Below are positions 1-9,461 of a stretch of 64,000 nt of DNA, piece after piece (position 1 is the stretch's first letter; every line of letters begins with the position of its first letter). Origin of the DNA: an uncultured Planctomycetia bacterium. GTDB taxonomy: Bacteria; Omnitrophota; Gorgyraeia; Gorgyraeales; Gorgyraeaceae. A program made the translations under genes and the position numbers. The stretch is taken from positions 30,923 to 94,922 of the forward strand of contig CAZMID010000002.1 in assembly GCA_964566255.1 (NCBI GenBank), in the 5' to 3' direction. The notes below the pieces were generated by a model. That model was not told the DNA's origin, did not search any database, and saw nothing but the letters and a program-made list of their open reading frames with translations.

Positions 1-1
1 T

Positions 2-727
2 ACAAGATTAATCGAACGAAATACCACAGTTCCTACAAAAAAGAGTCAGATCTTTTCAACAGCAGCTGATAATCAAACTGCAGTTACTGTAAGGGTTCTG
101 CAGGGTGAGCGTCAGATGGCGAATGATAATACTGAATTAGGCAGATTTGATTTAGTAGGTATTCCTCCAGCACCTAGAGGCATACCTCAGATAGAGGTTA
201 CCTTTGATATTGATAGAGACGGTATCGTACATGTAGGTGCAAAAGATATGGGCACTGGAAAGGAGCAAACCATAAAGATCACTGCTCCTAAAAAATTATC
301 AAAGGAAGAGATAGACAAGATGGTTAAGGAAGCAGAAAAATTCTCCGAAGAGGATAAAAAGAAGAAAGAAGAAGTAGAAGTAAAAAATCAGGCAGAGACA
401 TTAGTGTATTCTGTTGAAAAATCCTTAAAGGACTTTGGAGATAAAGTTAGTCAGGATGAGAAACTTAACATCGAAAGAAAACTTAATGATCTGAAAGAGT
501 TACTTAAGGGTAATGATACAGAAAAGATAAAAAAAGGCATGGAAGAACTTTCCAAAGCTGCCCATAAATTAGCTGAAGAGGTATATAAGGCTGCTCAAAC
601 AAAGACTCAACAGCAAGGACAAGCTAGTACAGGACCACAAGGTCCACAACCTGGTGCGGGTGAGTCTAAAGAACCAAAGGAAAAGCCAGGAGACGATGTA
701 ATAGACGCTGAATTTAAAGAAAAATAA
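2..727 (+). CDS. dnaK: Molecular chaperone DnaK, C-terminal part; the 5' end lies upstream of the window
   Basis: The reading frame is open from the first base (…[82 protein letters not shown]…). This is the canonical Hsp70 substrate-binding and lid region. It is followed by an EEVD-like acidic, Lys-rich tail and sits immediately upstream of dnaJ. Confidence 0.92.
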   Translation, partial: TRLIERNTTVPTKKSQIFSTAADNQTAVTVRVLQGERQMANDNTELGRFDLVGIPPAPRGIPQIEVTFDIDRDGIVHVGAKDMGTGKEQTIKITAPKKLSKEEIDKMVKEAEKFSEEDKKKKEEVEVKNQAETLVYSVEKSLKDFGDKVSQDEKLNIERKLNDLKELLKGNDTEKIKKGMEELSKAAHKLAEEVYKAAQTKTQQQGQASTGPQGPQPGAGESKEPKEKPGDDVIDAEFKEK

Positions 728-729
728 TA

Positions 730-1881
730 ATGTCAACCAAAAGAGATTATTACGAAATCCTGGGTATCAAAAAAGGCTCAAGCGTTGATGAAATAAAAAA
801 GGCCTATAGGAGCCTTGCACTTAAATATCATCCTGATAGAGTCTCTGGGGATAAAAAAGCATCTGAAGAAAAATTCAAAGAGATCTCAGAAGCATATGCT
901 GTCTTATCTGATCCTCAAAAAAAGAGTCAGTATGATCAGTTTGGACATGCTGGTATAGATTCGCGCTATAGCTATGAAGATATTTTTAAAGGTGCAGACT
1001 TTAGTAGCATCTTTGAGGATTTAGGAGTTGGCGGCGGAGGGATATTTGGAGATATCTTTGAAGGTATATTTGGCGGAGGGTTTTCTTCAGGTAGAAGGAA
1101 TTCTCTTCGAGGAAGGGATTTACAATATGAATTTGAAATCTCTTTTGAAGAAGCAGCCTTTGGTGTTAAAAAGACTGTAACTATCCCTCGTCACGAAATC
1201 TGCGACACATGTAAGGGAGATGGTGCAAGACCTGGGACAAAAAAGACTACTTGCTCTACATGTAATGGCAAAGGTCGTATCATGCAGTCAGCAGGATTTT
1301 TCAGCATTCAGCAAACATGCCCTAAATGTAGAGGCGAAGGCACTATTATAAAAAATCCTTGTGTAAAATGCGTTGGTACAGGCAAAATTAAAGTTACAAA
1401 AAAGATTGAGGTAAGTATTCCTGCAGGAGTAGATACTGGATCTCGTCTTCGTATGCAGCAAGAAGGAGAAGCAGGTACAAAAGGAGGTCCAAGAGGAGAT
1501 CTTTATATTTATGTACACGTAAAAGATCATGATATCTTTGAAAGACATGGTTATGATATAGTATGTGATGTGCCTATTAGCTTTCCTGTGGCTACTTTAG
1601 GTGGAGAAGTAGAAATCCCAACCTTAAACGGCAAAGTTACAATGAAGATTCCTGAAGGGACACAGACTGGAAAGATCTTTAGGCTTCAAGGTAAAGGCAT
1701 AAAAAGATTAAGAGGTTATGGTATTGGGGACGAGCTTGTAAGAGTGGTCGTGGAGACCCCGACGCGGCTTAATTCACAACAGAAACGTATCTTAAAAGAG
1801 TTTATGAAGTCTTGTGACGATAAAGTAAGTCCTTTAGCTAAATCATTTACAGAGAAAGCAAAAAAGATATTTAAGAGGTAA
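730..1881 (+). CDS. dnaJ: Co-chaperone DnaJ (J domain, G/F-rich linker, four CxxCxGxG zinc-finger repeats)
   Basis: N-terminal J domain with HPD (YHPDR). Gly/Phe-rich linker. Four repeats: [32 protein letters not shown]. Lies 2 nt after the dnaK stop. Confidence 0.95.
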   Translation: MSTKRDYYEILGIKKGSSVDEIKKAYRSLALKYHPDRVSGDKKASEEKFKEISEAYAVLSDPQKKSQYDQFGHAGIDSRYSYEDIFKGADFSSIFEDLGVGGGGIFGDIFEGIFGGGFSSGRRNSLRGRDLQYEFEISFEEAAFGVKKTVTIPRHEICDTCKGDGARPGTKKTTCSTCNGKGRIMQSAGFFSIQQTCPKCRGEGTIIKNPCVKCVGTGKIKVTKKIEVSIPAGVDTGSRLRMQQEGEAGTKGGPRGDLYIYVHVKDHDIFERHGYDIVCDVPISFPVATLGGEVEIPTLNGKVTMKIPEGTQTGKIFRLQGKGIKRLRGYGIGDELVRVVVETPTRLNSQQKRILKEFMKSCDDKVSPLAKSFTEKAKKIFKR

Positions 1882-1886
1882 TAGAT

Positions 1887-2159
1887 ATGCCGACTTACGA
1901 ATATGAATGCCAAAAATGTAAAAAGGTATTTGATGTATTTCAGAAGATGACTGATAAGCATCTTTCTATATGCCCTGATAAAGAATGCAAAGGTAATGTA
2001 AAAAGACTGATAAGTAAAGGTGCAGGATTTATTTTTAAAGGAAATGGTTTTTACGCTACTGACTATAGGAGCGATAATTATAAAAAAAGAGAAAAAGAAG
2101 ATAAATCTACACCGTGTCAGGGTTGTGATAAAAAAGAAGACTGTAAACTTGACAAATAA
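1887..2159 (+). CDS. FmdB-family putative regulatory zinc-ribbon protein
   Basis: The N-terminus MPTYEYECQKCKKVFDV…SICPDKEC is the FmdB/zinc-ribbon signature (CxxC…CxxC). The protein is small and Lys-rich. Confidence 0.6.
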   Translation: MPTYEYECQKCKKVFDVFQKMTDKHLSICPDKECKGNVKRLISKGAGFIFKGNGFYATDYRSDNYKKREKEDKSTPCQGCDKKEDCKLDK

Positions 2160-2175
2160 TTTTTTGAAGTACTGG

Positions 2176-2514
2176 ATGCCTTTATATGTATATGCAGGGC
2201 TTATATTTTATCTATCTAGTTTATCAAAGCCATTGCCAGAAGTAGGTATTCCTTTTTTTGATAAGTTTACTCATATTTTGGAATATGGTTTTTTTGGATT
2301 TTTAGCATCGCGGGCGTTTAAAAATTCTCCCAAGAAGAGATTCTTTGAGAATTTTAGAATACTTGCGATTTTAGTTTCGATAATATATGGGATCTCAGAC
2401 GAGTTTCATCAGGGATTTATTTCAGGGCGAGAATCCAGCGTGTTTGATATGTTAGCCGATGGGATCGGCGGAATATTGGGGGCATTTATTTATGGCAGAT
2501 ATCATTCCATTTAA
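2176..2514 (+). CDS. VanZ-like family membrane protein
   Basis: Hydrophobic segments plus the conserved VanZ-like DEFHQ motif (…SDEFHQGFISGRESSVFDMLADGIGGILG). I moved the start to the ATG at 2176 so that it does not overlap the upstream FmdB-like gene. Confidence 0.5.
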   Translation: MPLYVYAGLIFYLSSLSKPLPEVGIPFFDKFTHILEYGFFGFLASRAFKNSPKKRFFENFRILAILVSIIYGISDEFHQGFISGRESSVFDMLADGIGGILGAFIYGRYHSI

Positions 2515-3712
2515 AGGCACACTTTATAATTCTCAAGAAATCAAAGACCTATCAAAAGTAACCGCACCTCCTTACGATGTAATTTCTCCATCTCAGCAAA
2601 ATGAGCTGTATAACACCAATCCTTATAACATAATACGTATTTTATTAGGCAAAGATTCTTCTAGTGATAATGAAAAAGAAAATAAATATACCCGTGCTGC
2701 AAGTTCTTTAAAAGACTGGCAGGAAAAAGGTATTTTAGAAAAAGATAAAGAAGAATCTATCTATATCTATTCACAAGAATTTACTGTTGAAGGTCAGGTA
2801 AGGAAAAGACTTGGTTTTATGGCACTTTTAAAATTAGAGGATTTTTACAAAGAGAAATCCACTATTTATCCTCACGAAAATACACTCACTGCCCCAAAAG
2901 AAGACAGAACTTGCCTTATAAATTCAATCAAGGCAAATCTAGGCCCTATATTTGCGCTTTTTGCAGATGAAGATAAATCTGTTGATGCTATATTAATAGA
3001 AGAGTCAAAGAAATCCCCTTTAATAGACATAGTAGATTACCAAGGTATCAGGAATAAGTTTTGGAGAGTGTCTAGTAAAGATAAAATAGAATGTATCGTC
3101 AATATGATGAAGAAAGAAAAGCTTTTTATTGCAGATGGTCATCACAGATATGAAGTAGGCCTTGCATTTAGTAAGACTCAAAAAGATCCTAAATATGGAT
3201 ATATACTTACGTATTTTACAGACCTTTATGCTGATGGAATAGTTATATTTCCTGTACATAGACTTATTAGAGGAGTAAATAAAGATATATTAGATAATTT
3301 AGAGAAGGATTTACTAAAAGATTTTACTGCAAGAGAGATAACTTCCAAGGAAGATGTTAAGAAGTTTCTTTCTGGTGCAAATACCTCAGAAAAAAGGTTT
3401 GTTATTTATAAAAAAGATAATAAATTTATAGGATTAGGTTTAAAAGATAGCGATTCTTTAGATGTAACTTTACTTCATGATTTAATAATAAAACCTCTGG
3501 AAGAAAAAAGTAAGATTTCAATAGATTTTACCAAGGATATGGATTATGCTATTAAAGAAGTAGATAATGGTAAATTTTCATTATCTATTATATTAAATCC
3601 TACAAAGGTCACTCAGGTTCGAGATGTGGCATTTTCAAAAAAGAGGATGCCACAAAAATCAACATATTTTTATCCAAAGGTTTTAACAGGCCTTGTAATG
3701 AATGTTTTTTAG
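2492..3712 (+). CDS. DUF1015 domain protein
   Basis: The start MADIIPFKGTLYN, the PPYDVISP motif and …IADGHHRYE are characteristic of DUF1015. The start is chosen at the internal Met that matches the family N-terminus. Confidence 0.55.
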   Translation: MADIIPFKGTLYNSQEIKDLSKVTAPPYDVISPSQQNELYNTNPYNIIRILLGKDSSSDNEKENKYTRAASSLKDWQEKGILEKDKEESIYIYSQEFTVEGQVRKRLGFMALLKLEDFYKEKSTIYPHENTLTAPKEDRTCLINSIKANLGPIFALFADEDKSVDAILIEESKKSPLIDIVDYQGIRNKFWRVSSKDKIECIVNMMKKEKLFIADGHHRYEVGLAFSKTQKDPKYGYILTYFTDLYADGIVIFPVHRLIRGVNKDILDNLEKDLLKDFTAREITSKEDVKKFLSGANTSEKRFVIYKKDNKFIGLGLKDSDSLDVTLLHDLIIKPLEEKSKISIDFTKDMDYAIKEVDNGKFSLSIILNPTKVTQVRDVAFSKKRMPQKSTYFYPKVLTGLVMNVF

Positions 3713-3720
3713 ATAACCTT

Positions 3721-4563
3721 ATGGCTATATTCGGTAAACCAAAATATACAGCGGTAAAGGTATCAAAGCGCAAGGGTGTTCCTGACGGTAGTTGGCTTAA
3801 ATGCGAGGGATGCTCTGAGATGATTTACAAAAAGACCTTGGATGAGAATCTCAAGGTATGTCCTAAATGTAACTATCATTTTGTGCTTGGTGCTTATGAA
3901 CGCATATCTATGTTTTTAGATGAGGGTAGTTTTGAAGAATTTGAAAAGGGTATGAAACCAAAGGATATATTAAAGTTTAAAGGTGTTAAAAGTTATACAG
4001 AGAAGATAGAAAAAGATACCTTGATTACCGGCATGGAAGAAGCAGCTGTTATTGGAAAAGGCAGCGTTAATGACAAAGAGGTTGCATTTGCAATAACTGA
4101 TTCGCGTTTTATAATGGGTACTATGGGTTATGTAGTAGGGGAAAAGATCGCAATTATTACAGAATTTGCTACTAAGAAAAAACTCCCTCTTATTATTATC
4201 TCAGGTTCTGGGGGAGGCGCAAGGATGTATGAAGGGATGATCTCTCTTATGCAGATGGCAAAGACCTCCGCAGCCCTTGCAAAACACAATGAAAAGAGAG
4301 GACTATATATTTCAATACTTACAAATCCTACAATGGCAGGGGTATTGGCAAGTTTTGCATCTTTAGGGGATGTAATTATTGCTGAGCCAAAAGCACTCAT
4401 TGGTTTTACTGGCCCCAGGGTCATAGAACAGACAATACGGCAAAAACTACCTGAAGGATTTCAGCGTTCGGAATTCCTTCTGGAACATGGCCTTGTAGAT
4501 ATGGTAGTAGGTCGGAAGAATCTAAAAGATACTGTTTCTCAGATAATAGATTATTTGAGTTAG
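3721..4563 (+). CDS. accD: Acetyl-CoA carboxylase carboxyltransferase subunit beta
   Basis: N-terminal zinc ribbon CEGCSEMIYKK…CPKCNYHF. Carboxyltransferase core with GSGGGARMYEG and oxyanion-hole-region motifs. Confidence 0.88.
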   Translation: MAIFGKPKYTAVKVSKRKGVPDGSWLKCEGCSEMIYKKTLDENLKVCPKCNYHFVLGAYERISMFLDEGSFEEFEKGMKPKDILKFKGVKSYTEKIEKDTLITGMEEAAVIGKGSVNDKEVAFAITDSRFIMGTMGYVVGEKIAIITEFATKKKLPLIIISGSGGGARMYEGMISLMQMAKTSAALAKHNEKRGLYISILTNPTMAGVLASFASLGDVIIAEPKALIGFTGPRVIEQTIRQKLPEGFQRSEFLLEHGLVDMVVGRKNLKDTVSQIIDYLS

Positions 4564-4569
4564 AATCAG

Positions 4570-4598
4570 TTGACTTTGAAGGTAAAATTAGCTATAAT
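4570..4598 (+). promoter_or_regulatory. Near-consensus σ70-type promoter (TTGACT-N17-TATAAT) upstream of the ABC ATPase gene
   Basis: ttgact at 4570-4575, a 17-nt spacer, then tataat at 4593-4598. The element lies in the 80-nt gap after accD. An RBS-like aggaaagg precedes the ATG at 4644. Confidence 0.55.
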
Positions 4599-4643
4599 TC
4601 TCTGATACGCTTTTTGCATATATATAGATAGGAAAGGTAATAT

Positions 4644-5747
4644 ATGGCACAAGTAAGCCTTAGGAATGTGACAAAAATCTTCCCTGGTAATGTAGAGGCG
4701 GTTAAAGACGTAAGCCTTGGAATAGATAATAGAGAGTTTGTAGTATTAGTAGGCCCATCAGGATGCGGTAAGTCTAGTACCTTAAGGATGATAGCAGGAC
4801 TTGAGCAGGTTACAAAGGGAGAAGTCTGGATAAGCAATAAGATGGTTAATGATGTACCTGCTAAGGATAGAGACATTGCAATGGTATTTCAAAACTATGC
4901 TCTTTATCCACATATGACTGTTTATGAAAATATGTCATTTGCGTTGAGATTACGTAGATTTTCCAAATCTGAGATTGATTCCCGCGTTAAAGATGCAGCA
5001 GAACTTCTAGGCATAAAGAAACTCTTAAATAGGCGACCAAGAGAGCTTTCCGGGGGTCAGCGTCAGAGAGTAGCTGTTGGTAGAGCCATCGTAAGAAAAC
5101 CAAAGGTGTTTTTATTTGATGAACCATTGAGTAATTTGGATGCAAAGATGCGCGTCCAGATGAGGACAGAATTAAATAAGTTACACATTAGACTTCAATC
5201 TACCATGATTTATGTTACCCATGATCAGACAGAGGCAATGACAATGGGTAATCGTATTGTAGTAATGAAAGAAGGAATCATACAGCAGGTAGCAGATCCC
5301 ATCACACTTTACGATAAGCCTATAAATAAATTCGTAGCAGGTTTTATTGGATCCCCACCTATGAATTTTATAAATGGTAATATTCTCAAAAAAGACAATG
5401 ATTTTTTCTTTTCCATGAATGGTATCAAGGTAAAGATAGTAGAAGATATGTATGATAAAATTTCTCCATATAATGGTAAGGAAGTTGTTTTTGGTATAAG
5501 ACCCGAAGATATATATGACAAACTTTTTATATCAGAGGCTTCTGTAGATAATACTGTGAAGGCTGTTGTTGAAATAGTAGAACCTATGGGTGCAGAGGTA
5601 TTTTTATATATCAAGGCAGCAGGAAATTCTTTTATCGCAAGGGTCGGTGGCCACGATAAACCCGAAGTAGGCCAGGATATGGACCTTGTTCTTGATATGA
5701 GCAATGCCCACTTTTTTAATAAGGATACCGAAGAAACGATTGTTTAA
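4644..5747 (+). CDS. ABC transporter ATP-binding protein, MalK/UgpC/MsmK type (sugar importer ATPase with a C-terminal TOBE-like domain)
   Basis: Walker A GPSGCGKSS, signature LSGGQRQR, Walker B FLFDEPLSNLD, H-loop VTHDQ. The C-terminal roughly 130 aa are typical of MalK-type regulatory domains. No permease or binding protein is adjacent. Confidence 0.85.
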   Translation: MAQVSLRNVTKIFPGNVEAVKDVSLGIDNREFVVLVGPSGCGKSSTLRMIAGLEQVTKGEVWISNKMVNDVPAKDRDIAMVFQNYALYPHMTVYENMSFALRLRRFSKSEIDSRVKDAAELLGIKKLLNRRPRELSGGQRQRVAVGRAIVRKPKVFLFDEPLSNLDAKMRVQMRTELNKLHIRLQSTMIYVTHDQTEAMTMGNRIVVMKEGIIQQVADPITLYDKPINKFVAGFIGSPPMNFINGNILKKDNDFFFSMNGIKVKIVEDMYDKISPYNGKEVVFGIRPEDIYDKLFISEASVDNTVKAVVEIVEPMGAEVFLYIKAAGNSFIARVGGHDKPEVGQDMDLVLDMSNAHFFNKDTEETIV

Positions 5748-5783
5748 GCGATGACATCATCTACTTTATGTGGATGATTCTCC

Positions 5784-7178
5784 ATGCAAATAGAAAGCAC
5801 CAGCAAAGTAAAAATTGGGATGTTTTGCGGGGTCAGTTTTCTTTTAATCTCCTTTCTCACATTTAGGACTAACCTTCCAAAGATACCGACGATATTTCTT
5901 TATAATCTTATTATAATACTTAGTATGCAAAGCCTTGGTTTTTATAGAGGACTCTTTTTTTTAGGCGCTTCTATATTCTTTGCAATACTTATCTCTCTTG
6001 CAGCTAATTTTATTTATGCGTGGAATATACCGATGTTTCTTGTAGCATTTTTTATAGTGAACGATCGTTTAAAGAAAAGTGATTATTATGACCACATCAT
6101 TAAAAGGAGGATAGAAGAGCTTAGTGAAAATAGAAATCTCCTTACAAATGAATATGCAAGACACAAAAGAGATGGAAACTTTTTAGCAAAGAAAGAAACT
6201 AGGTATAAATCTTTACAGGATATTACTTCTATTTTGAGTTCCACTCTTTCGTTGGATAAAGTAACCGAATTGATTTTAGATAGTGCCCTTCAGGTAATTG
6301 GAAAGTCAGAAGGGTTGATTTTATTTTTAGTTGATACAGAGAAACAAGAGCTGAACCTGGCTACAACAAGGATGGAAAAGGATTTTAATAAAGTAAAGGC
6401 TAAAAAAGGCGATTTATTAGATGAGTGGGTTTTCAAACAACGACAAGGACTCCTTGTAGAAGATATAAAAAAGGATTTTAGGTTTAGCGGTGAGAAAATG
6501 AAAGAGTACCCAAGGCCTTTTCGTTCAGTTATATCATGTCCTTTAATGGAAGAACGAAAGGTTATAGGGATACTGAGGCTGGAGCATTCAAAACCTTATA
6601 ATTATACATCAGAAGACTTGAGGCTTTTGGATATTTTATGTGATTTAGGAGCTGCGAGTTTAGCAAATGCTAAATTCTATAAACAGACGCTTGAACTTGC
6701 GATTACAGATGGGCTTACAGGATTATATTTACGTAGATATTTTCTTGATAGGTTAAAAGAAGAGCTTACAAGGTCTTTACGGGATGATGTAGAAACTTCA
6801 CTCTTAATGATAGATATTGATAATTTCAAGAATTACAATGATACATATGGTCATACAGCAGGCGATCTAGTGCTCAAATATCTTTCAAAGGTTCTCCAAG
6901 GCTTTACAGAGACAGGTGTGGTTGCACGTTATGGCGGCGAGGAATTTGCAATACTTTTACCAGAGACTTCAAAAAGGGAAGCCAAAAAGATAGCAGATGA
7001 AATCAGAAAAGACATCAAAAAGGAACCAATAAAGCTCCGCAGGACAAAGACAAATGTTACGGTTTCCATAGGTGTAGCTACTTTTCCAGATGATGCAAAG
7101 GTCTATGATGAACTTATTTTAAGAGCAGATGAAAAATTATATAAAGCTAAAAGGGAAGGGAAGGATAAGGTAGTATAA
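5784..7178 (+). CDS. Membrane-anchored GAF-like/GGDEF diguanylate cyclase
   Basis: Several N-terminal hydrophobic helices, then a GAF-like region, then a GGDEF domain with an RYGGEEF active-site motif and the upstream DxLTGL. Confidence 0.78.
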   Translation: MQIESTSKVKIGMFCGVSFLLISFLTFRTNLPKIPTIFLYNLIIILSMQSLGFYRGLFFLGASIFFAILISLAANFIYAWNIPMFLVAFFIVNDRLKKSDYYDHIIKRRIEELSENRNLLTNEYARHKRDGNFLAKKETRYKSLQDITSILSSTLSLDKVTELILDSALQVIGKSEGLILFLVDTEKQELNLATTRMEKDFNKVKAKKGDLLDEWVFKQRQGLLVEDIKKDFRFSGEKMKEYPRPFRSVISCPLMEERKVIGILRLEHSKPYNYTSEDLRLLDILCDLGAASLANAKFYKQTLELAITDGLTGLYLRRYFLDRLKEELTRSLRDDVETSLLMIDIDNFKNYNDTYGHTAGDLVLKYLSKVLQGFTETGVVARYGGEEFAILLPETSKREAKKIADEIRKDIKKEPIKLRRTKTNVTVSIGVATFPDDAKVYDELILRADEKLYKAKREGKDKVV

Positions 7179-7191
7179 ACGGATTAATAAA

Positions 7192-8478
7192 ATGAGAGTT
7201 TTAATTTATTTTATAATTTCAATGGCAGTTTTATTTTTAAGCTATAGAGTCAGCTTAAAAAGATCTATTATTTTCTCTATATTAGTTAGTATCTTTATTT
7301 TAATAATCCAACCAAAGTTATTTTCTTATGGAACGATAGTATATCTACTTTTTATAAATGCTCTACCTATTACTGCAGAGATATTTAAAAAAGATTTTGA
7401 TGAATATAAACGTATTATGCGTACTAGATTTGAGGAAGGCAAGAAACGATATGAAGATTCACAGGTAGATGATAAGCGGCAGATAGAAGTAAATCTAGAA
7501 AAAGAAAAGGCATTACATCATGTTTTATCTTTATACGAGATCTCAAAAGACATGTCAAGCTGCCTTACACTTGAAGACATATTGAATATATTTTCAGTCA
7601 CGTTAAAAAAGTCTTTTAGATTTAAACATTCTCGTTTTATACAATTAAAAGAATCAGGTGATTCTATAGAAGCCATTTATCATATTGAAGTAGGTTGTAG
7701 GCTCGGGAAAGTGACTCCCGAAGAATTTGATGACGAGCTTACAAAGCTTATTCTTGAAAAGAAAAAGATAATTTCATTTTCACTTCAGGAAAGCCCAAAG
7801 TCTTTAAGAAAGTTGACCATGATAAAGGATTTTGAAACATTGGTGGCTATACCAGTTTTTGTTGAATCCAGGATAGCCGGTATTTTATATATTGAGGCTG
7901 TACCAAGGAAGTATTTTGAAAACTTTATAATCTTGACAAGTCAATTTGCAATACAGTTTCAGAAGGTAGTTTTATATAGAAAAGTGCAAGAAATGTCTAT
8001 TACGGATTCTCTAACAGAGGTTTCTACAAGAAGGCATTTTCTGGATAGATTTTCAGAGGAAATACGCCGATCCATGCGTCATAAGTCAAATCTTACACTT
8101 TTAATGTTAGATCTGGATCATTTTAAAGAGACTAACGATACATTTGGTCATCTTGTTGGGGATGCTGTCTTAAAGGAAGTGGCAGTTATTTTAAAATCAA
8201 ACCTTAGAGAAATAGATATTATTGGTAGATATGGCGGAGAGGAATTTGCAATAGTACTTGCTGGGACTGGAAAAGAAGAAGCCCATCAGGCTGCAGAACG
8301 TATCAGGGAAAGCATAGAAGCAACAGTTTTTAAGGCATATGATGAGGTTGTCTCTACCACCGTTAGCATAGGAGTGAGTGTGTTTCCTGATAAGGGAGTT
8401 GATGTAGAAAGCTTAATTGAAGCTAGTGACAGGGCCCTTTATAAAGCCAAGGAAACAGGACGTAATAAAGTTTGTTAA
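7192..8478 (+). CDS. Membrane-anchored GGDEF diguanylate cyclase (second, tandem copy)
   Basis: N-terminal TM helices, then DSLTEV…RYGGEEF. Same architecture as the upstream gene. Confidence 0.75.
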   Translation: MRVLIYFIISMAVLFLSYRVSLKRSIIFSILVSIFILIIQPKLFSYGTIVYLLFINALPITAEIFKKDFDEYKRIMRTRFEEGKKRYEDSQVDDKRQIEVNLEKEKALHHVLSLYEISKDMSSCLTLEDILNIFSVTLKKSFRFKHSRFIQLKESGDSIEAIYHIEVGCRLGKVTPEEFDDELTKLILEKKKIISFSLQESPKSLRKLTMIKDFETLVAIPVFVESRIAGILYIEAVPRKYFENFIILTSQFAIQFQKVVLYRKVQEMSITDSLTEVSTRRHFLDRFSEEIRRSMRHKSNLTLLMLDLDHFKETNDTFGHLVGDAVLKEVAVILKSNLREIDIIGRYGGEEFAIVLAGTGKEEAHQAAERIRESIEATVFKAYDEVVSTTVSIGVSVFPDKGVDVESLIEASDRALYKAKETGRNKVC

Positions 8479-8507
8479 TCCCACCTAATTATAATCAAAA
8501 AAACTAG

Positions 8508-8536
8508 TTGCATTGCCCCATTTATTGCGGTATTAT
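8508..8536 (+). promoter_or_regulatory. σ70-type promoter candidate (TTGCAT-N17-TATTAT) upstream of the ROK gene
   Basis: ttgcat at 8508-8513, a 17-nt spacer, then tattat at 8531-8536. It lies in the 73-nt gap before the ATG at 8552. Confidence 0.45.
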
Positions 8537-8551
8537 ATATAGCCTATATAT

Positions 8552-9460
8552 ATGTCTAATAAGCTTAGAGTAGGAATAGATATGGGAGCCACACGCATAA
8601 AGATGGCGCTTGTGGATAGTAAAGGAAGCCTTTCTTTTAGGCGCCAGATAAATACGCCTCTAGATGCAGAAAGGTCTTATCTTATAGATTCTATAATTAA
8701 TAATGTTAAGGAAATCATAGATGAATCTGGAGTTAAAAAGAAGGATATTCTTGGCGTTGGTATAGGTGTACCTGGACCTGTAGATTCAAAAAAGGGAGTT
8801 ATTTACTATTTTCCAAACATAAAAGGATGGGAAAATACTCCACTTAAAGCAATATTAGAGAGGAAGTTAGGCATAAAAGTAGCCTTGGATAATGATGTAA
8901 ATGCAATGACTCTTGGCGAATACAGGTTTGGTGCAGGAAAAGGCACTAAGAATTTAATCTGTCTTACGCTTGGTACAGGTGTTGGCGGAGGTCTTATTAT
9001 AAATGGAGATATTTATAGAGGATCTACTATGTGTGCAGGAGAGATAGGTCATGTGCCTATAAATGAAAAAGGCCCTAGGTGTAATTGTAGAGGCATTGCT
9101 TGTATAGAGAGCTATATAGGTAATAGATATACCCTAAGAAGAGCTAGAAAGATTTTTGGAAAAAGTATAACACTCGAACGCTTAAGTATGCTTGGAAAGA
9201 AGGGTAATAAAAAAGCACTAAATATATGGCAGGATGTTGGTAAAAAGTTAGCTATAGCTCTTACAGGAGCTATTAATTTATTGAATCCAGACATGGTTAT
9301 TATTGGTGGCGGAGTAAGTAATGCAGGGAACCTGATATTAGGCCCCTTAAAGAATGAAATCAAGCTTCGTGCAATGAGGGATCAGGCATTACATGTGAGG
9401 ATTACTCGGGCAAGACTTGGAGATAATGCTGGTATAATAGGTGCTTCACTTTTAATTTAG
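8552..9460 (+). CDS. ROK-family sugar kinase or transcriptional regulator (glucokinase-like)
   Basis: ROK N-terminal motif VGIDMGATRIKMALVD. It also has the ROK Zn-binding Cys cluster (CAGEIGH…CNCRGIAC) and the characteristic GxGxGG. Confidence 0.75.
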   Translation: MSNKLRVGIDMGATRIKMALVDSKGSLSFRRQINTPLDAERSYLIDSIINNVKEIIDESGVKKKDILGVGIGVPGPVDSKKGVIYYFPNIKGWENTPLKAILERKLGIKVALDNDVNAMTLGEYRFGAGKGTKNLICLTLGTGVGGGLIINGDIYRGSTMCAGEIGHVPINEKGPRCNCRGIACIESYIGNRYTLRRARKIFGKSITLERLSMLGKKGNKKALNIWQDVGKKLAIALTGAINLLNPDMVIIGGGVSNAGNLILGPLKNEIKLRAMRDQALHVRITRARLGDNAGIIGASLLI

Positions 9461-9461
9461 T

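Noticed and set aside
1021-1110. Gly/Phe-rich repetitive DNA ([20 protein letters not shown]) as a tandem repeat
   Set aside because: This is the canonical G/F-rich linker of DnaJ, not a non-coding repeat.
2020-2175. 5' extension of the VanZ-like ORF overlapping the FmdB-like gene by 140 nt
   Set aside because: An in-frame ATG at 2176 lies just after the upstream stop. The upstream extension is Lys-rich and overlaps a separate, well-formed small gene, so the start was moved.
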